Shown: piece after piece, positions 12,111-25,614 of the stretch
Numbering within the stretch: position 1 is the stretch's first letter
How the letters are laid out: every line of letters begins with the position of its first letter
From: Laetmonice hystrix
Lineage: Eukaryota
Direction of reading: 5' to 3'
Length of the DNA stretch: 64,000 nt
Assembly (NCBI GenBank): GCA_965235115.1
Contig: OZ249440.1
Location: 35,962,001 to 36,026,000, forward strand
Made by a program: the position numbers and the translations under genes
The notes under the pieces: model-generated
The model's input: the letters and a program-made list of their open reading frames with translations, nothing else
What the model was told of the DNA's origin: nothing
The model's database searches: none

Positions 12111-13699
12111 AATGTACACTCGCACAATGGGCCTGTTGCACAACTTCCTCGTAACTTACGATACGAATGTTCTCGTAAAATTTACGATTACGATATTTCT
12201 TACGATGTATCGTAATTTCTGTTGCACAACTGTTCTCGTAAATCGGTGTTTAAAAATACGAGGAAATTCCTCGTATCTTTACGAAAAACGTCGGTTCTTT
12301 ACGAAGTTCCTCGTAAGATACGACAAGGTGTGATAATGGACCGGTGACCAGCAGGAAGGTTTCCGGTTCCGGTGTTCATCTGCAAAATCGTGAGCAAGAA
12401 TGGCGGGCCTGCCGGATAATGAAGCTACGCCTAAAGGAAAACGGGTGAGGAGACTCGATCTAGATGTAAAATATGACGTCAGACTATTTTTATGATATCT
12501 GCACATAAACCCTGTGAGGCTGTGTGAAGACTGTATCCTGAAACATTGAAGATATACCCCAGTTACCGTAGTTCCGTCTACGTTATCGCCCATAGACTAG
12601 AGAATAGATCTATTCGTGTAGGCCTAGGCGCCTAGGCCTAACGTTAAACTCTACAGCGGAGGTCTAGGCGCCGGCCTAGGCTAGAGTGGCTCCCCCGGTC
12701 CCCCGGCCCTATAGACGTCCCCCCCCCTCCTGAGATGTCTACGTACACCGGCCCTAGAATTCAGAAACTCGGTGTGAAGTCTTTTCGGTGGCTAAATTAA
12801 ATAAATAACAACTTGTAAGGGTGGCTATTTCATTTTATATAATTAACGCAGTTTAATGAGGTGTCCTCAAATGAGGACGGTGTGCAAGAAAAAACAACTG
12901 TCCTCACACGAGCACTCTGCACCTGAAAGGTTGATGGTGACTTATTGTGTCCTCACAAAAATACACATTATTGCAAATACAGTGCATGTTTTTAAAACAA
13001 GTTAACATTGGTTATAATGCTACGTAAAAATTTTAGCTGAGTGTGCAGTATCCCCAGATGGGGAGGGTATTTAGATCTTAGAGCAGATGACGTACATGTG
13101 CAGCGTCCTCATATGAGGACAAATATTTGAACACCCATCGACACCTAAGCATTGCAAATCACACCACTTGCTATTAATTTTCCTATTCTTCCTCATCTAT
13201 ATATATATATATCAAAAAATACTCAAATTCTGGCTTGAATTCTTTTCCACCTGGATGGTGCTGTGAATATTCGGATTTTTTTGTTGTCGTAGCCGACCAT
13301 GCTTGCCTCATAACAAGGTCAAGTTCGCATTTTAGTTTGCAGCTCAGAAACCAGATGTCCGGCTTACTATTGATTCCCGTGTTTCAACAACATTAAGCTG
13401 TATTCTTTGGTACTTTTAAACATTATTTAAGATCGTTGGGTTGAACTTATAATTTTAGATGGTTTTTTTACAGAATTACAGTATGTTTATCAGTATTTTA
13501 ATACTTTGCAAGTCAAGTATAAGTCTAATTTAATTTTACAGCATATATGGCAAATGCCACTGAAACAACCTGGGGAAAGCATGTCAGTGATTCCATCCCC
13601 ACAGATGTCATGAAAATAATCGGGAGTGGGTGTATACTAAGGTGGTGGCACAACTCGCAGATGCAGAGGAGACTGAGCTTCTGGAGTGGTATCAAGAGG

Positions 13700-13890
13700 A
13701 ACTACCTCTGTATGTGAAGCGAGAGGGCATAGCCTAAAAATTTTCAAAGCAAGACCTAGGCTTGACGTAAGGAAATACTCATTTACATTTAGAGTCGCAG
13801 AAGCATGGAACAACCTCACCGAAACAATAGTAAACTCCCCCACAGTCAAGACCTTTGAAAGAAGATTGGACAAATACTGGGAAAACCTTA
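13700..13890 (+). mobile_element. CR1/L2-group LINE extreme C-terminal fragment
   Basis: RGHSLKIFK..RLDVRKYSFTFRVAEAWNNL..VNSPTVKTFERRLDKYW. Confidence 0.8.
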
Positions 13891-14003
13891 AGCATAGTAG
13901 AAAACGAGCTGGTACCAGAGGCCCAATAGGGCCTAGATCAGCCAGAAGCGGACCTGTAAGTAAACCTGTAAATAATGGGAGTTTAGCTCTTCAGTTGTAG
14001 CTC

Positions 14004-14187
14004 TGTCCGTATGCATAAATGGGGTTCAAGAAAACCAGCGGTTTATAGTTACACCCGGTATAAGTGTTGGTATGGAGGAAGATGGTTTAGAATAAATTTT
14101 CTTACACCAGGGACAGAGAAATTACTAAACCAGTTTTTCGTTAAACCAAAGTATAGTTAGGCCTATACCTCTTTTATGCACATGGGC
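14004..14187. mobile_element. Possible small MITE
   Basis: Imperfect TIRs: TGTCCGTATGCATAAA ... TTTATGCACATGGGCC. Confidence 0.35.
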
Positions 14188-14768
14188 CAGGGGATGGAAA
14201 AGGGCGACTATTATAAGCCTAGGGCTGCAGTCGGTATAGACCGCTTTTGATAAGTAAATTTTATTTTCATGTACAATTGCAGCTTTTGTTACCGTGTTTG
14301 TCTTTACATTTATTATATTTCAGGAAGGTGTAGGCGTTGGTGTTTTGTGTGCTGCGTGTGGCATGTTTGGCCCTTGTTCCTGTCGGTCTCCCCATACGGT
14401 AAGTTGTTTTTTTGTAAATACCTGCATTAGGTGCATTGGTTACACTAAGACTGTTACCCGATATATATGAAATCACTCTCCCACATGTTGTATAACCAGA
14501 AGACACCTATATGTATTGTAAGAGATCATGTAGAGTAGGTTATTGTGTATAGTATGAAAGGGACTTTGTGTGCCTTTGGGAGCAAAGTTGCATCGTCTAT
14601 ACGGTAGTGACCTCTGGTGGCAAGATGAAACACTAACGTTTCATCTCTACCATTCTGCGGTTTTGACAAGTTGGCCTAAGTTGCAAGTTGATAAGTACTA
14701 TAAGTCAATTTAATGTAATATTTCAGCCCGTTTTTACCCTGTCTGTATTTGACCGTTGTTATTTCCAG

Positions 14769-14864
14769 GGAAGTACACCTGCTGCTGTTGTTGATGTCGA
14801 GTCACCGTCAGTTGGTGACGATATAGGCCTAATGGATGTTCCGAGTGTTGCAGACGATGGAGAG
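14769..14864 (+). pseudogene. Putative phase-0 exon (96 nt) of an unidentified spliced gene
   Basis: TTTCCAG|GGAAGT...GGAGAG|GTGAAC; open frame GSTPAAVVDVESPSVGDDIGLMDVPSVADDGE. Confidence 0.45.
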
Positions 14865-16394
14865 GTGAACTTTACCATTTAATTTTTCCAGAAACTGACG
14901 ATAATTTTAGGTTAAATGTTTATTGGTATATCCATATGCCGCTAGTCAAATCCTACATGTTAAGGTACTCTCTAGATAAAGTTGGTATTGGTTGATTCAG
15001 AATTATAATGGAATAATGAATGTTTTGCTATATTACTCTGTCCCATAGTTTTTCTTTTCATTTCATGCTGTAGTCATTTTTTGTAATGATTTCTGGTTTC
15101 GGTTTTTAACCTTGGTAGAGAGACAGAGATTGCTCTGGAGGTAGTGTAGAAAAGGGAATGTATCCTTGGGTTGTTACAGATTTGAATTATTTTGATTGGT
15201 TCCTAATGTTACCTATGTAGTGTTATAGGGCGATTCCATGAAAAAGTGGACAACATCCAAAAAAATTAAAAATGCAAGAATTGTTTCAAAAATTTAATTT
15301 AACAATCCTAAGGGCCTATATTTTGTAGTTTCACATTAATTTTTAAAATTCCATTTCAGTCCTAGTATCAATTAACCCTCTTGACCGATTTTGGGAAATT
15401 TGAGTAAAATTACAAAATACTTTCAAACACGATTAAATAAAGTACTTTGATGGGTATTATGATTTTGAGCACATATATTACTTCAGTGAGATCTATTCTA
15501 GTATTTAAAGTATAATTTGAAGTAGTTACAAGTTATTTTATTTCGTAATCTTAATTTTTGAAAATGGCAGACACATATGTCCCGTACAACACAAAATCAA
15601 GACAATTTATTCCGTTGAAGGATTATGGGATTTTAAAAAACTATTAAATCAAGGATACTCTAACCTCATGATATAAGCAACACTTTGTCCCGTACAACAC
15701 GATGTGTCCCGTACAACACACTGTCATAGATAGTCTCCATGGTCTCCATGCTTCTATAATAATGGTTCTAGAATTTGTCACTAGGGTGCAGATCATATAC
15801 TATAGCCTAATTCCAAAGGTGGCCGCACCATCAGTGGAATTTTGACGTGACGTGACGTGACCTTTTGTTTTTGACATACTCAATGACATTAAAACCTGCT
15901 AGACCCTCTACCTACATAGGCCTCTAACTGAATGGTAAGTGAAACTTTGTTTAAATGTAGACTCTAACAATAGTAGGCTAATTTGCCAGGACCGACACTA
16001 AAAACATGCGAAGTTGTGTACATTGTTGTGACAAAGTAATAACTTGTAACTTTTGAAAGTCATTAGGCCTGAAATATTGATCACTGAAAAAACAAGTAAC
16101 TATGTCTAGACTAATTACTGCTAATTACCAGTGCCTCTAGATCTGTAGACCAGGTGCCTACGTAAAATGGTTACATTGTTAAACAAGGCCCCGGACCTAT
16201 ATGAAACAACTGACTGTTTTCTGTGGATGCTAGATGTTCACTGACCACCGGCGATCCCTGTCGGCCCCAGTGCCACTGGAGCCATTCTGAATGCCGTGGT
16301 GGGGGCTGTGGCCAGGGGGCGCTATAATTTTAGGGTTAACGGCTGAGGAGTCTCCCTGCACAGTCACACTCACAGTGGTTCTTGAACCAGGGGC

Positions 16395-16593
16395 CGCCGG
16401 CGGATCCAGAAGGGGTGTCCTGGGGGGGGGGGGCACAGTCAGAAGGGGGTGGCCTAGGGGGAGGGGCACAGTCGGAATCTTATTCCTAATGGTAAAAAGG
16501 GCCCGAACTTGCTGAAGTATAGAATGGGGATGGCCACTTTTGGGGGTCGGGGGGGGGGGGGGGAGTGTCCCCAGCCCCCTGGATCCGCGCCTG
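16395..16593. mobile_element. G-rich hAT-like MITE remnant inside the Sola2 element
   Basis: GGCGGATCCAG...CTGGATCCGCGCCTG inverted ends around poly-G tracts. Confidence 0.45.
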
Positions 16594-17451
16594 TTTAACT
16601 CAACTCATAACTTAATTAAATTGCTTTTGGCAGTCTGACTAAGGGTTTCACAAGCATAAAGAGTAGTCTTTTTCAATCCCCCCCCCAAAAAAAGCTAGGG
16701 TCATCCATAAAGTATGTAATGCTCAAAATTCCACATTTTCGACCCTCCTCCCCCCCCCCCCCCCGCCTACACGTAATCCCCTCCACCCTGTATGTGTGTA
16801 AACCAAAGCCCTTGATAGCAATTTTATTCTGTTTTATTTGCCAAATAAAAATAGTCAATATACCTACAACTGCTTATTATTTTTATGTTTTTTTTTATTT
16901 ATACTTTTCCCAACATAAAATTACTCTAGACCCCCTCCCCCCCCCCCCTGCACGCCTCCTGTACCTTTGGTCTGCTGCCCCCGCCCCCCCCCCCCCCCGA
17001 CCGTATGTATGTCTGTCAAACCTCAAAGCATGTATACGTTGAAAAAAAATGGCTTTTTTTACAATAGGATGACAAATCAACATTTTTTGCACTTTTTATA
17101 AGGGTACGTTGGGTGTCAACCCCCTCCCCCTAGCTTACAGTTTGTCTACAGGCTTGTAAAAATCTTAAAACACCCCCAAGAAGTCAGTTTCTTTTCCCAA
17201 TGTTTGATATATAGGGGCACAAGAGTTTCTTTTCCCAATGTTTGATATATAGGGGCACGAGATATTGTAAATTTAATTATGTTTTGCTGTCTAGTTTTTC
17301 TTCCTTTTATTCATTATCAAGTTAAACTTTATGTGATCCTCCACATGAACCAAATGAAACTATAACAAGTTACCTTCCTGTTTTTGTACATTAGAAATTT
17401 TGACCCTTCTTTATATGAATTTAAACAAAAAATTTCCCTCTTTTTAGAGCA

Positions 17452-19577
17452 ATGGATGAAGCTGCACACCCGTCAACTCTGACAAATGCAGAAAGAAGCA
17501 AACGCTACAGAAAACGTAAGATAGAAAGTGACCCAGAATTCCTTACCAAAGAAAAAGAAAGAATTGCATGTATCCGAAGGAAGGCGAAGGAGACTGATTG
17601 TCAAGCACAGAAAGATGCCAAAAGGAGAAAGGAAACGGAGCGGAAAAGAAAAAATAGAGAAAAGCAGAAGAAGTTGGCAAAGAAACATGGAACCCGCGGT
17701 AGTGACGCTGTGATAATAAAGAGCCCCTATCAACGGATGCAAACCTATGGAAAAGCAGTCCAGCATTGTGCTAGGAATCTTCCATCATCTCCCATGAAAC
17801 AGAAAGCTGTCGTGTGTGGTCTTGCCAAACGTGTGGGTATACGCCTCCAACTTAATATGGAACATGAACTCACACCCCACAAGCTTCAGCAAGAAGAAGC
17901 TGTTGATTTAATAAAGCAGTTTTATTTTCGGCCTGACATCGTGTACACGATGCCAGGCATGAAAGATGAAATGATCATTTGGGTAAATGGTGTGAAACAT
18001 AAAGAAAGGAAATACTTTATGACAATGTTCTTGAGAGAGGCCTTTGCTGTGTTCCAAAATGTTTATCCTGAAGTCAAAGTTGGATTCAGTAAATTTTGTG
18101 AATGTCGGCCTAAAAACGTTCTGCTTCTCCATGCTACCCCAATTGACCAGTGCCGCTGTAAGACCCATGAGAATTTTATCCTCCGTCTCAAAGGCCTAAA
18201 GATTCAATACAAGTCCGACACATTTTGGCCTTCAGTACTTTGTGACCCCACATCCAATTCTTCGTGCTGGAGGCAGAAGTGTACTGAATGCAGTGGTGGG
18301 AAGAACTTCATCTTGATCCAGAGACCAATGTGACTTGGAGGCAGTGGGAGATGGTAGAGAAAGAGCAAGACAGAAAGGTTTTGCAGTCGGTTCTTCATGA
18401 AGGTTGTGCTGAAGAACTAAAAGAAATAATTCAGAATGATCTGGACAAAGTTGTATGTCACATTCATACAAAGCGAATCCAAGCAGAGGACTTTGAGGAT
18501 GATAAAGAATGTGGAGCAAGAGTGTTGCAGATGGACTTTGCAATGAACTACTCATGCGAATACCAAAACGAAGTGCAGTCTGCCTTGTGGAGTCGAGAAA
18601 GTGTCATGATATTCACTGCTGCTGTAATTCTAAATGGCAAGGTTAAAACCTACATGATCTGTTCCGATTCCAAAAATAAGGGCAAGGATACTGTGTTTGC
18701 CTTTGTTGATCTTTTGTATGACCTAATCCTCAATGATGAAAACGAGGCAGGAGTCGAGGTGATTTGGACTGATGGTCCAGCATCAGAATTCAAAAACAAG
18801 TACACCATTAGAATTTTATAACTACTAGGTAAAAGCACAAAAGATCGTTCACCTGGAAATATTTCGCTACAAGTCACGGCAGGGGTATTGTGGATGGTAT
18901 AGGAGGGAGAGCGAAAAGTTTAGTTAGAACCGCCGTAATGGGCAAAAATGCTGATGGGCAAAAATGCTGATGCACCAGTTGTTCAAACTTCTTCAGATAT
19001 TGCGGATTTGGCTGCCAAATTACTTGAAAAGACCACTGTTTTGCACATGTCCGAAAGTGAGATCCAGGAGAAAGTCCAAAGTTTGAATCCATGGGGAAAG
19101 CAGTGCCCATCAATCAATGGCATTCAAAAGATGCATGTCATACACCATAATTATGACAAAAAAGAAACCAAGTTATGGTTGAATGCCACTGAATCAGATC
19201 CCTCCATCAGTAGGGACACGGAAAGCCCAGAATTATGCACACCAAAATCAGTCGATCAGTTGAGGAATGTCAGAAATCTTGGCGATCTTTGTTCAAACCT
19301 TGCCGTCTACGAAAAGGAGTGGTGGCTAGGAAAAGTAATCGAGACGTCTGAAGAAAATGATGATGCAAAGGTACACTTCATGGTACCTCATGGGCCTGCT
19401 CCAAAGTATGCATGGGGCGATGATAGGGAGAAGTGTTTTGTCCCAAAGCGTTGTATTTTGGGCATTATGGGGAGCGAATTGTTGTTACCAATAGGAACAA
19501 GCTCAAGATCTTTTCGTATTGAAACTGGCTTAGTGGAGGAAATAAATAGGAAGCTTTCAAAACAGAATGCTGTGTAA
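17452..19577 (+). pseudogene. Sola2-type DDD transposase, frameshifted
   Basis: Three overlapping ORFs with motifs QMDFAMNY..EVQSALW, WTDGPASEFKNK and (alternate frame ~18853-18915) WKYFATSHGRGIVDGIGG. Confidence 0.85.
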
Positions 19578-20680
19578 GGTTATACCGACTTCATAGTCTA
19601 CTTGCGCCATTGCCTTGGTAAATTTTCAAGACTCTGAACTTTGTTTAAACAATGTTGTTTCCGTCTAGTATTAGGACTGATGGATAAAAAAGTAGTTTTA
19701 AAAGATGTCCTCAGAAAATGATGACGCGAAAGTTTCATGGTACCTCATGGGCCTGCTCCAAAGTGTGCATGGGGCGATGATAAGAAAGGAGGTTTTAGTC
19801 ACTAAGAGTTGAATTTTGGGCACTATGGGGAGCGAATTGTTGTTGCCAATAGGAACAAGCTCAAGATCTTTTCGTATTGAAACTGGCTTAGTGGAGGAAA
19901 TAAATAGGAAGCTTTCAAAACAGAATGCTGTGTAAGGTTTTACCGACTTCATAGTCTACTTGCGCCATTGCCTTGGTAAATTTTCAAGACTCTGAACTTT
20001 GTTTAAACAATGTTGTTTCCGTCTAGTATTAGGACTGATGGATAAAAAAGTAGTTTTAAAAGATGTCCTCAGAAAATGATGACGCGAAAGTTTCATGGTA
20101 CCTCATGGGCCTGCTCCAAAGTGTGCATGGGGCGATGATAAGAAAGGAGGTTTTAGTCACTAAGAGTTGAATTTTGGGCACTATGGGGAGCGAATTGTTG
20201 TTGCCAATAGGAACAAGCTCAAGATCTTTTCGTATTGAAACTGGCTTAGTGGAGGAAATAAATAGGAAGCTTTCAAAACAGAATGCTCTGTAAGGTTATA
20301 CCGACTTCATAGTCTACTTGCACCATTGCCTTGGTAAATTTTCAAGACTCTGGACTTTGTTTAATTAAACGATGTTGTTTCCGTCTAGTATTAGGAGTGA
20401 TGGATAAAAAAGTAGTTAAGATGTCCTAAGAAAATGATGACGCGAAAGTATATTTCATGGTACCTCATGGGCCTGCTCCAAAGTATGCATAGGGCAATGA
20501 TAAGAAAGAGGTTTTAGTCCCTAAGAGTTGCAATTTGGGCATTATGGCGAGCAAGTTGTTGTTGCTAATAGGAACAAGCTCAAGATCTTTTCGTATTGAA
20601 ACTGGCTTAGTGGAGGAAATAAACAGGAAGTTTTCAATACAGAATGCTCTGTATACGGTTATACCGACTTCATAGTCTTA
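19350..20680 (+). repeat. About 3.7 tandem copies of a ~360-bp unit derived from the transposase 3' end and UTR
   Basis: GAAAATGATGA.GC.AA anchors at ~19353, 19714, 20072 and 20430. Confidence 0.9.
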
Positions 20681-20902
20681 TTTGTCTTGTTATTATTTCT
20701 TATTTTGTCACCTGTTTATACTTCCTTTTTTCATTTTTTCATTTTTCATTTTCATTTGCATACATTTAGGTAGTTCTAGGTCTCTGTTCATTTTCTTTTG
20801 GTGATATTGTATATGAAGGACAAAAATGTCCCGTACAACACTTTTCAGTGTGTCCCGTACAACACATCACTTTTTCTGATGCCCCCCCGCAAACTAAGGC
20901 AG

Positions 20903-21165
20903 GGTGGGTATTTGGGGCTTTACGCCTTGCAACAGCCAGGGTCATATCACGGCGGTGAAGATGAGATGAAAGTCAGTTTTTCTTGGTGGAGGAAACCGGA
21001 GTACCCGGAGGAAACCACCGACCTTCGGGAAGGAACTGACTGACAAACCTTTCACACATGCAGCCCAGGCCGGGAATCGAACCCGGGTCGCAGCGGTGTG
21101 AGGCGATGGTCCTAGGTGTCATGATGGAGCCGACACCTTAGACCACTCGGCCACCCGAGGCCCCC
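20903..21165 (-). mobile_element. tRNA-derived SINE with V-domain core and I/Nimb-like 3' tail
   Basis: A box TGGCCGAGTGG, B box GGTTCGATTCC, core GGTTTCCTCCGGGTACTCCGGTTTCCTCCACC, 12-bp TSD AAACTAAGGCAG (20891-20902 and 21166-21177). Confidence 0.88.
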
Positions 21166-21566
21166 AAACTAAGGCAGAAAGAAGAATCAGTATATATAAT
21201 TTAATTAGAGACATAACCCAGGTTCTATTCTAACAAGTATAGAATTATGTAAGCAAGCTCACAGACATTTTTGAAAATATCACCTAGTATCAGAACTTAT
21301 GTCCATTTTTGTGTCCCGTACAACACGGAACATTTTTTCAAATATGGGGCTTATGGTAACAGATAATGGTAACAGATAATGGTTAAGTTGGTATTACCTG
21401 TCATTCACCTGGGTGGTAACCGACATCAAACCAATATAATCACCTAATATTTATAAGGAGTATTTAGCACAGAGGGGGAAAACTGTTCTGAATGTCCCGT
21501 ACAACACACTGTGGAATCGCCCTATAGTATAGTAATGACATGGTTGGTTTTGTTTTTATGATACAG

Positions 21567-21951
21567 GATGCCATGATTGTCGAGGACACATTGCCTGTCA
21601 CCCTCAATCTAATTAAAATTAGGTCTTAGTTATTTCGCATGCGCTCCATACTAGGATCTAACGGCATCCCGTATGGGGTCAGGCTGCCCTTTGACCCAGA
21701 TTCAAGTGTGCCATTGAAAATGCCAACGAGCGCACACCAAAGATTTCGTAGGCGACTCGCTGATTGGCTGAATCCAGAGGTCAACCTGAGGTGACCCCTA
21801 ATGGGATGTCCTTAGATCCAGGTATGGAGCGCGGCAGCACTGAAACAGCCGAGAGAGACGCGGAATACCAAGATCTAATTTTAATTAGATTGCTGTCACC
21901 CCCTTCTCCAATGGCTTCCCTGATAGCGAACCTCCCATCCAGTCTGTACAG
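21567..21951 (+). pseudogene. Putative 87-nt phase-0 exon interrupted by a MITE; paralogous to 37223-37309
   Basis: CAG|GATGCCATG...GTACAG|GTAAG. Removing the MITE plus TSD gives DAMIVEDTLPVTPFSNGFPDSEPPIQSVQ. Confidence 0.55.
21605..21892. mobile_element. MITE with ~33-bp TIR CAATCTAATTAAAATTAG and ~10-bp TSD CTGTCACCC(T/C)
   Basis: TIRs visible at both ends. Removing 298 nt restores the paralogous 87-nt exon length. Confidence 0.85.
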
Positions 21952-22260
21952 GTAAGTGATAGAAATTTTGTTACCATACTTACTTTCTTGCTACTTAGGT
22001 GGACTGTAATTATAGTGAGGTGGACTGTAATTATAATGACATTAGGTGTTTATTTTGATTATGACATGTTACTATAGTGAGTGAGTGAGTGAGTAGTGGT
22101 GGTTTTCCGCCGTGCCGGCATCTGGGGCCATCTTCACGGCGAAAACAGGGTTAAAAAGACCATGAAATGAAAGGAACCTATTTTATCCCGGGCCCCAACG
22201 GGAATATCATTAAAACACACTCCATCCTGTCAGCCCAACCGGGCCATCGACGAGCCTGAA

Positions 22261-25200
22261 CTATAAAAGAGTCAGAAGTCCAGCTTCTGACAAAAACTCT
22301 AAAATCACTCCTGGTCTGACATTGTTAAAAAGATCCTTAAGACTTGTCAAAGGACACTGACAGCCATGACACTCTGGAGGTGGCTCCCCCTTGAATAAAA
22401 ACACGTGGGTTAATCTAGAATGACCAATCCTGCATCGAGTATAAACAATTTCATGCCTACGTTGGGTTAGGCTGTGAAGACACCTTTGGTTCACGACAGG
22501 ACTGATCTGGTACAATTTATTGTTTGGTTGTTCATCCCATTCAGCCTGCCATTTGTTCTTAATGTATGCCCAGATGGTAGGTCTGAGGTCAGAGGCTGGG
22601 ATTGGACACAGTTCGACGTCTGTTTCAAGAGCCCTCTTGGCAGTTCTGTCAGCTTGCTCATTGCCTGGGATACCAACATGCCCAGGCACCCAGCAAAAGT
22701 GAATATCAAAGTTTGCATTGGCAAGCACTGCCAACTTGGACAAGATTTGAACGATCACCGGGTGATCTGTGTTCAAGTTAGCAAGTGCTTGCAGACAGGA
22801 TAAGGAATCCGAGAAAATAAGGAAATCCTTTTCACTAGAAACTTCAATATTTTCAAGGGCAAGAAGCAGGGCCCGGGCCTCTGCTGAGAAGATGGAACTT
22901 TGCCCTGAGATGCGGGTGCCGAAGTTGTGCTTGCCATGAACTGCAGCCGCAGACACATCACTGCCATCCTTTGAGCCATCTGTATAGAAGGCATAATGTG
23001 AGGGGTACCTTGCCTGGACGCCAAGAAAATGTTCAAAATATGTCAGGGGATGAGTCTCTGACTTCTTCAGTTGAGCCAACTGAAGGATGACGTCAGGCTT
23101 TTCCAGGTCCCAAGGAGGAATGTTGCAAAAGTGTGTCTGCCCCAGGACGTTCAGATCAATATCCAGTTCCTCTAGATGAGGTTTCACCCTCAGTCCAAAA
23201 GGACGTATGTACGTTTCCTTTCTTTCATATAAATGTTGGAACTGAGGGTGAAAAACGCAATTGTAAGCTGGATTTGAACTGTTTGTCCCGAGCTTGACTG
23301 CATACTGCAGAGCCAGCTTCAGACGCCTGTTGTCAAGCGATGGCTCTCGGGCCTCCACATAGAGGCTCTGAACAGGGGACGTTCTAAAAGCCCCAAGTGA
23401 AAGCCGCAAACCCTGGTGGTGAACCGTGTCCAAAAGCCGAATGTAAGACTTACAAGCAGAACCATAAACTATGCTACCGTAATCGAGCTTCGACCGGATT
23501 AAAGCTCTGTACAGTTGTAAAAGGACTGTACTGTCTGCCCTCCAGTTTGTGCCAGATAAAACCTTGAGAACATCCAGAGCCTTAAGGCATCTGGATTTGA
23601 GGGATTTAATGTGAGGGATAAAAGACAGCTTGCTGTCAAAAGTGAGTCCCAGAAACTTTGTCTCTTTAACAACCTTGATAGGATCTCCATCCATTGTCAA
23701 CTCGGGGTCAAGGTGGAAAGCACGCAGTTTGCAGAAATGCATGCAGACCGTTTTAGATTTTGAAAATTTAAAACCATTTTCCACCGACCAAGTGTGGATT
23801 CTGTTGAGACAGAGTTGGAGCTGCCTCTCAATGGCATTCATGTTTTTGCCTCTGCAGCAGACGTCAAAGTCATCGACGAACAGGCTGCAGGGCATGCCAG
23901 TTTTAACCGAGTTAACAATGCTGTTGATCTTAATACTAAAAAGGGTAACGGACAAAATGCTTCCCTGAGGCACACCTAATTCTTGGTCGTGCAAGTCAGA
24001 CAGGGTCGTGCCTACTCTGACTTGAAAATGTCTGTTGGATAAAAACTGAGATATGAAAAGGGGCAAACGCCCCCTAAAACCCATATCATGTAAATCCTTT
24101 AAAATGCCGTACTTCCATGTTGTGTCGTATGCCTTTTCAAGGTCGAAAAAGACAGCAACAACATGTTCACGGTTGATAAAAGCATCTCGGATGTATCTCT
24201 CGAGTCTGATTAGATGATCAAGAGTACTTCTCCCTCGCCGGAAGCCACACTGAAACTCGGTTATGAGCTGCTCAGACTCCAGCTTCCAGACGAGGCGATC
24301 ATTAATCATTCTCTCCATGGTTTTGCACAGGCAAGGCAAGGCTATTGGTCTGTAATTGTTAGCTTCACTATGGTCTTTTCCTGGTTTTGGGATGGGGATG
24401 ATTATTGCTTCTTGCCAGGAAAGGGGTATATTACCAGTTATCCAGATATTGTTGAAAATGTGAAGAAGGATGAGGAGGGTGGTGTCGGGTAGATGTTTTA
24501 AGAATTGGTAATGTACTTTGTCAGGTCCAACTGCAGTGTCGTGTGATTTTTTAAGAGAGCATCTTAGTTCTTCAATGGAAAAGAGTTGGTTATACTCTTC
24601 TGTGTTGTTAGAGTGGAAATTTAGTTTTTGTTTCTCTTTTCGAGCACGAATGGCTTGGAATTGAGGGAGGCAGTTCCTGGAGGAGGAGTTTGTTTCAAAG
24701 GTTTTGGCCAGTTTATTTGCTATTTCATCTGTGGTGGTTAGTAGGGTGTCTTGGTGTTTTAAGTGTTGAACTCCAGTACCACCTCCCTTGCCTTTAAGTC
24801 TCCGTATCATGTTCCAGACTTTTTTGATAGGAGTACGAGAGGTCAGGCTGGAGACGTAGTCTCTCCAGCTCTGCCTCCGTCTCTCTTTGCAGATACGGCG
24901 TGCCCTTGCTCTCATAATTTTAAAATTAGTAAGGTTCACTGCAGTTGGATGCCTGTTGAAAAGGCGTTCTGCTTTCTTTCGGTCTTTAATTGCCTGCTTG
25001 CAGTCTTCATTAAACCATGGATTTGAGACATGTTTGGGAATTGTCGAGGTTTTAGGAACTGTCCTATCTGCAATGGAGATTAAAAGCGAGGTAAAATCAT
25101 CCATTGCTTCAGGATCGTTAATGATGTCTGCTGTGAATTCCTCCCGACAGAGGGTCTGGAAGGAGTGCCAGTCGGCTTTCTTAAGTTGCCACCGTTGTTG

Positions 25201-25614
25201 CTTTTCCCCTATATTGGGTCCTTCATATGAAAGGATGGTGGGAAAGTGGTCACTCCCGCAAAGGTCATCCCAGACCCTCCAGGAGAAATCCAGCAGCAGA
25301 TCTGGTTCAGCTATTGCAAGGTCAATGGCTGTATAAGTGCCATAACCGGGATGTAAGTATGTGTTTGAACCATCATTAAAAATGCATAGAGCATGATTAT
25401 CAATGAACTCTTCAATCTTCTTGCCCTTGCCATCAGTTGTGGTACCACCCCATAAGGGATTGTGGCCATTAAAATCTCCCAAAAGGAGATATGGAGTTGG
25501 CAGTTGACCCACTAAATCATTAAGATCCTGGTGGGCCAAGTTACTGTTTGGGGGAATGTATATGGAGCAGATAGTGATGGCTTTATGTAGAGTTAGGCGT
25601 ATGGCTATTGCTTG
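22261..25614 (-). pseudogene. LINE ORF2, 3' part (APE remainder, RT, RNase H); N-terminus lies at 35103-35367
   Basis: GDFNGH..SDHFP (APE); FFDLEKAYD, QGSILS, LFVDD (RT); YTDGS..SDS..GNEQAD (RNase H). Small in-frame deletions, including part of the Zn finger. Confidence 0.95.

Larger units (their letters stand above)
15228..21522 (+). mobile_element. Sola2-like DNA transposon, full length and defective
   Basis: Termini GGGCGATTCCA...TGGAATCGCCC, 4-bp TSD TATA, subterminal TGTCCCGTACAACAC repeats, internal transposase. Confidence 0.85.

Noticed and set aside
15570..15725. CRISPR-like repeats (TGTCCCGTACAACAC)
   Set aside because: Irregular spacing, only 15 bp, eukaryotic context and no cas genes; these are transposon subterminal repeats.
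21075..21165. tRNA gene
   Set aside because: A and B boxes are present, but the sequence continues into a V-domain and LINE-like tail with a TSD, so it is a SINE head.
22474..25336. Recurrent antisense and alternate-frame ORFs within LINE copies
   Set aside because: They recur only because the copies are near-identical; no independent coding signal.
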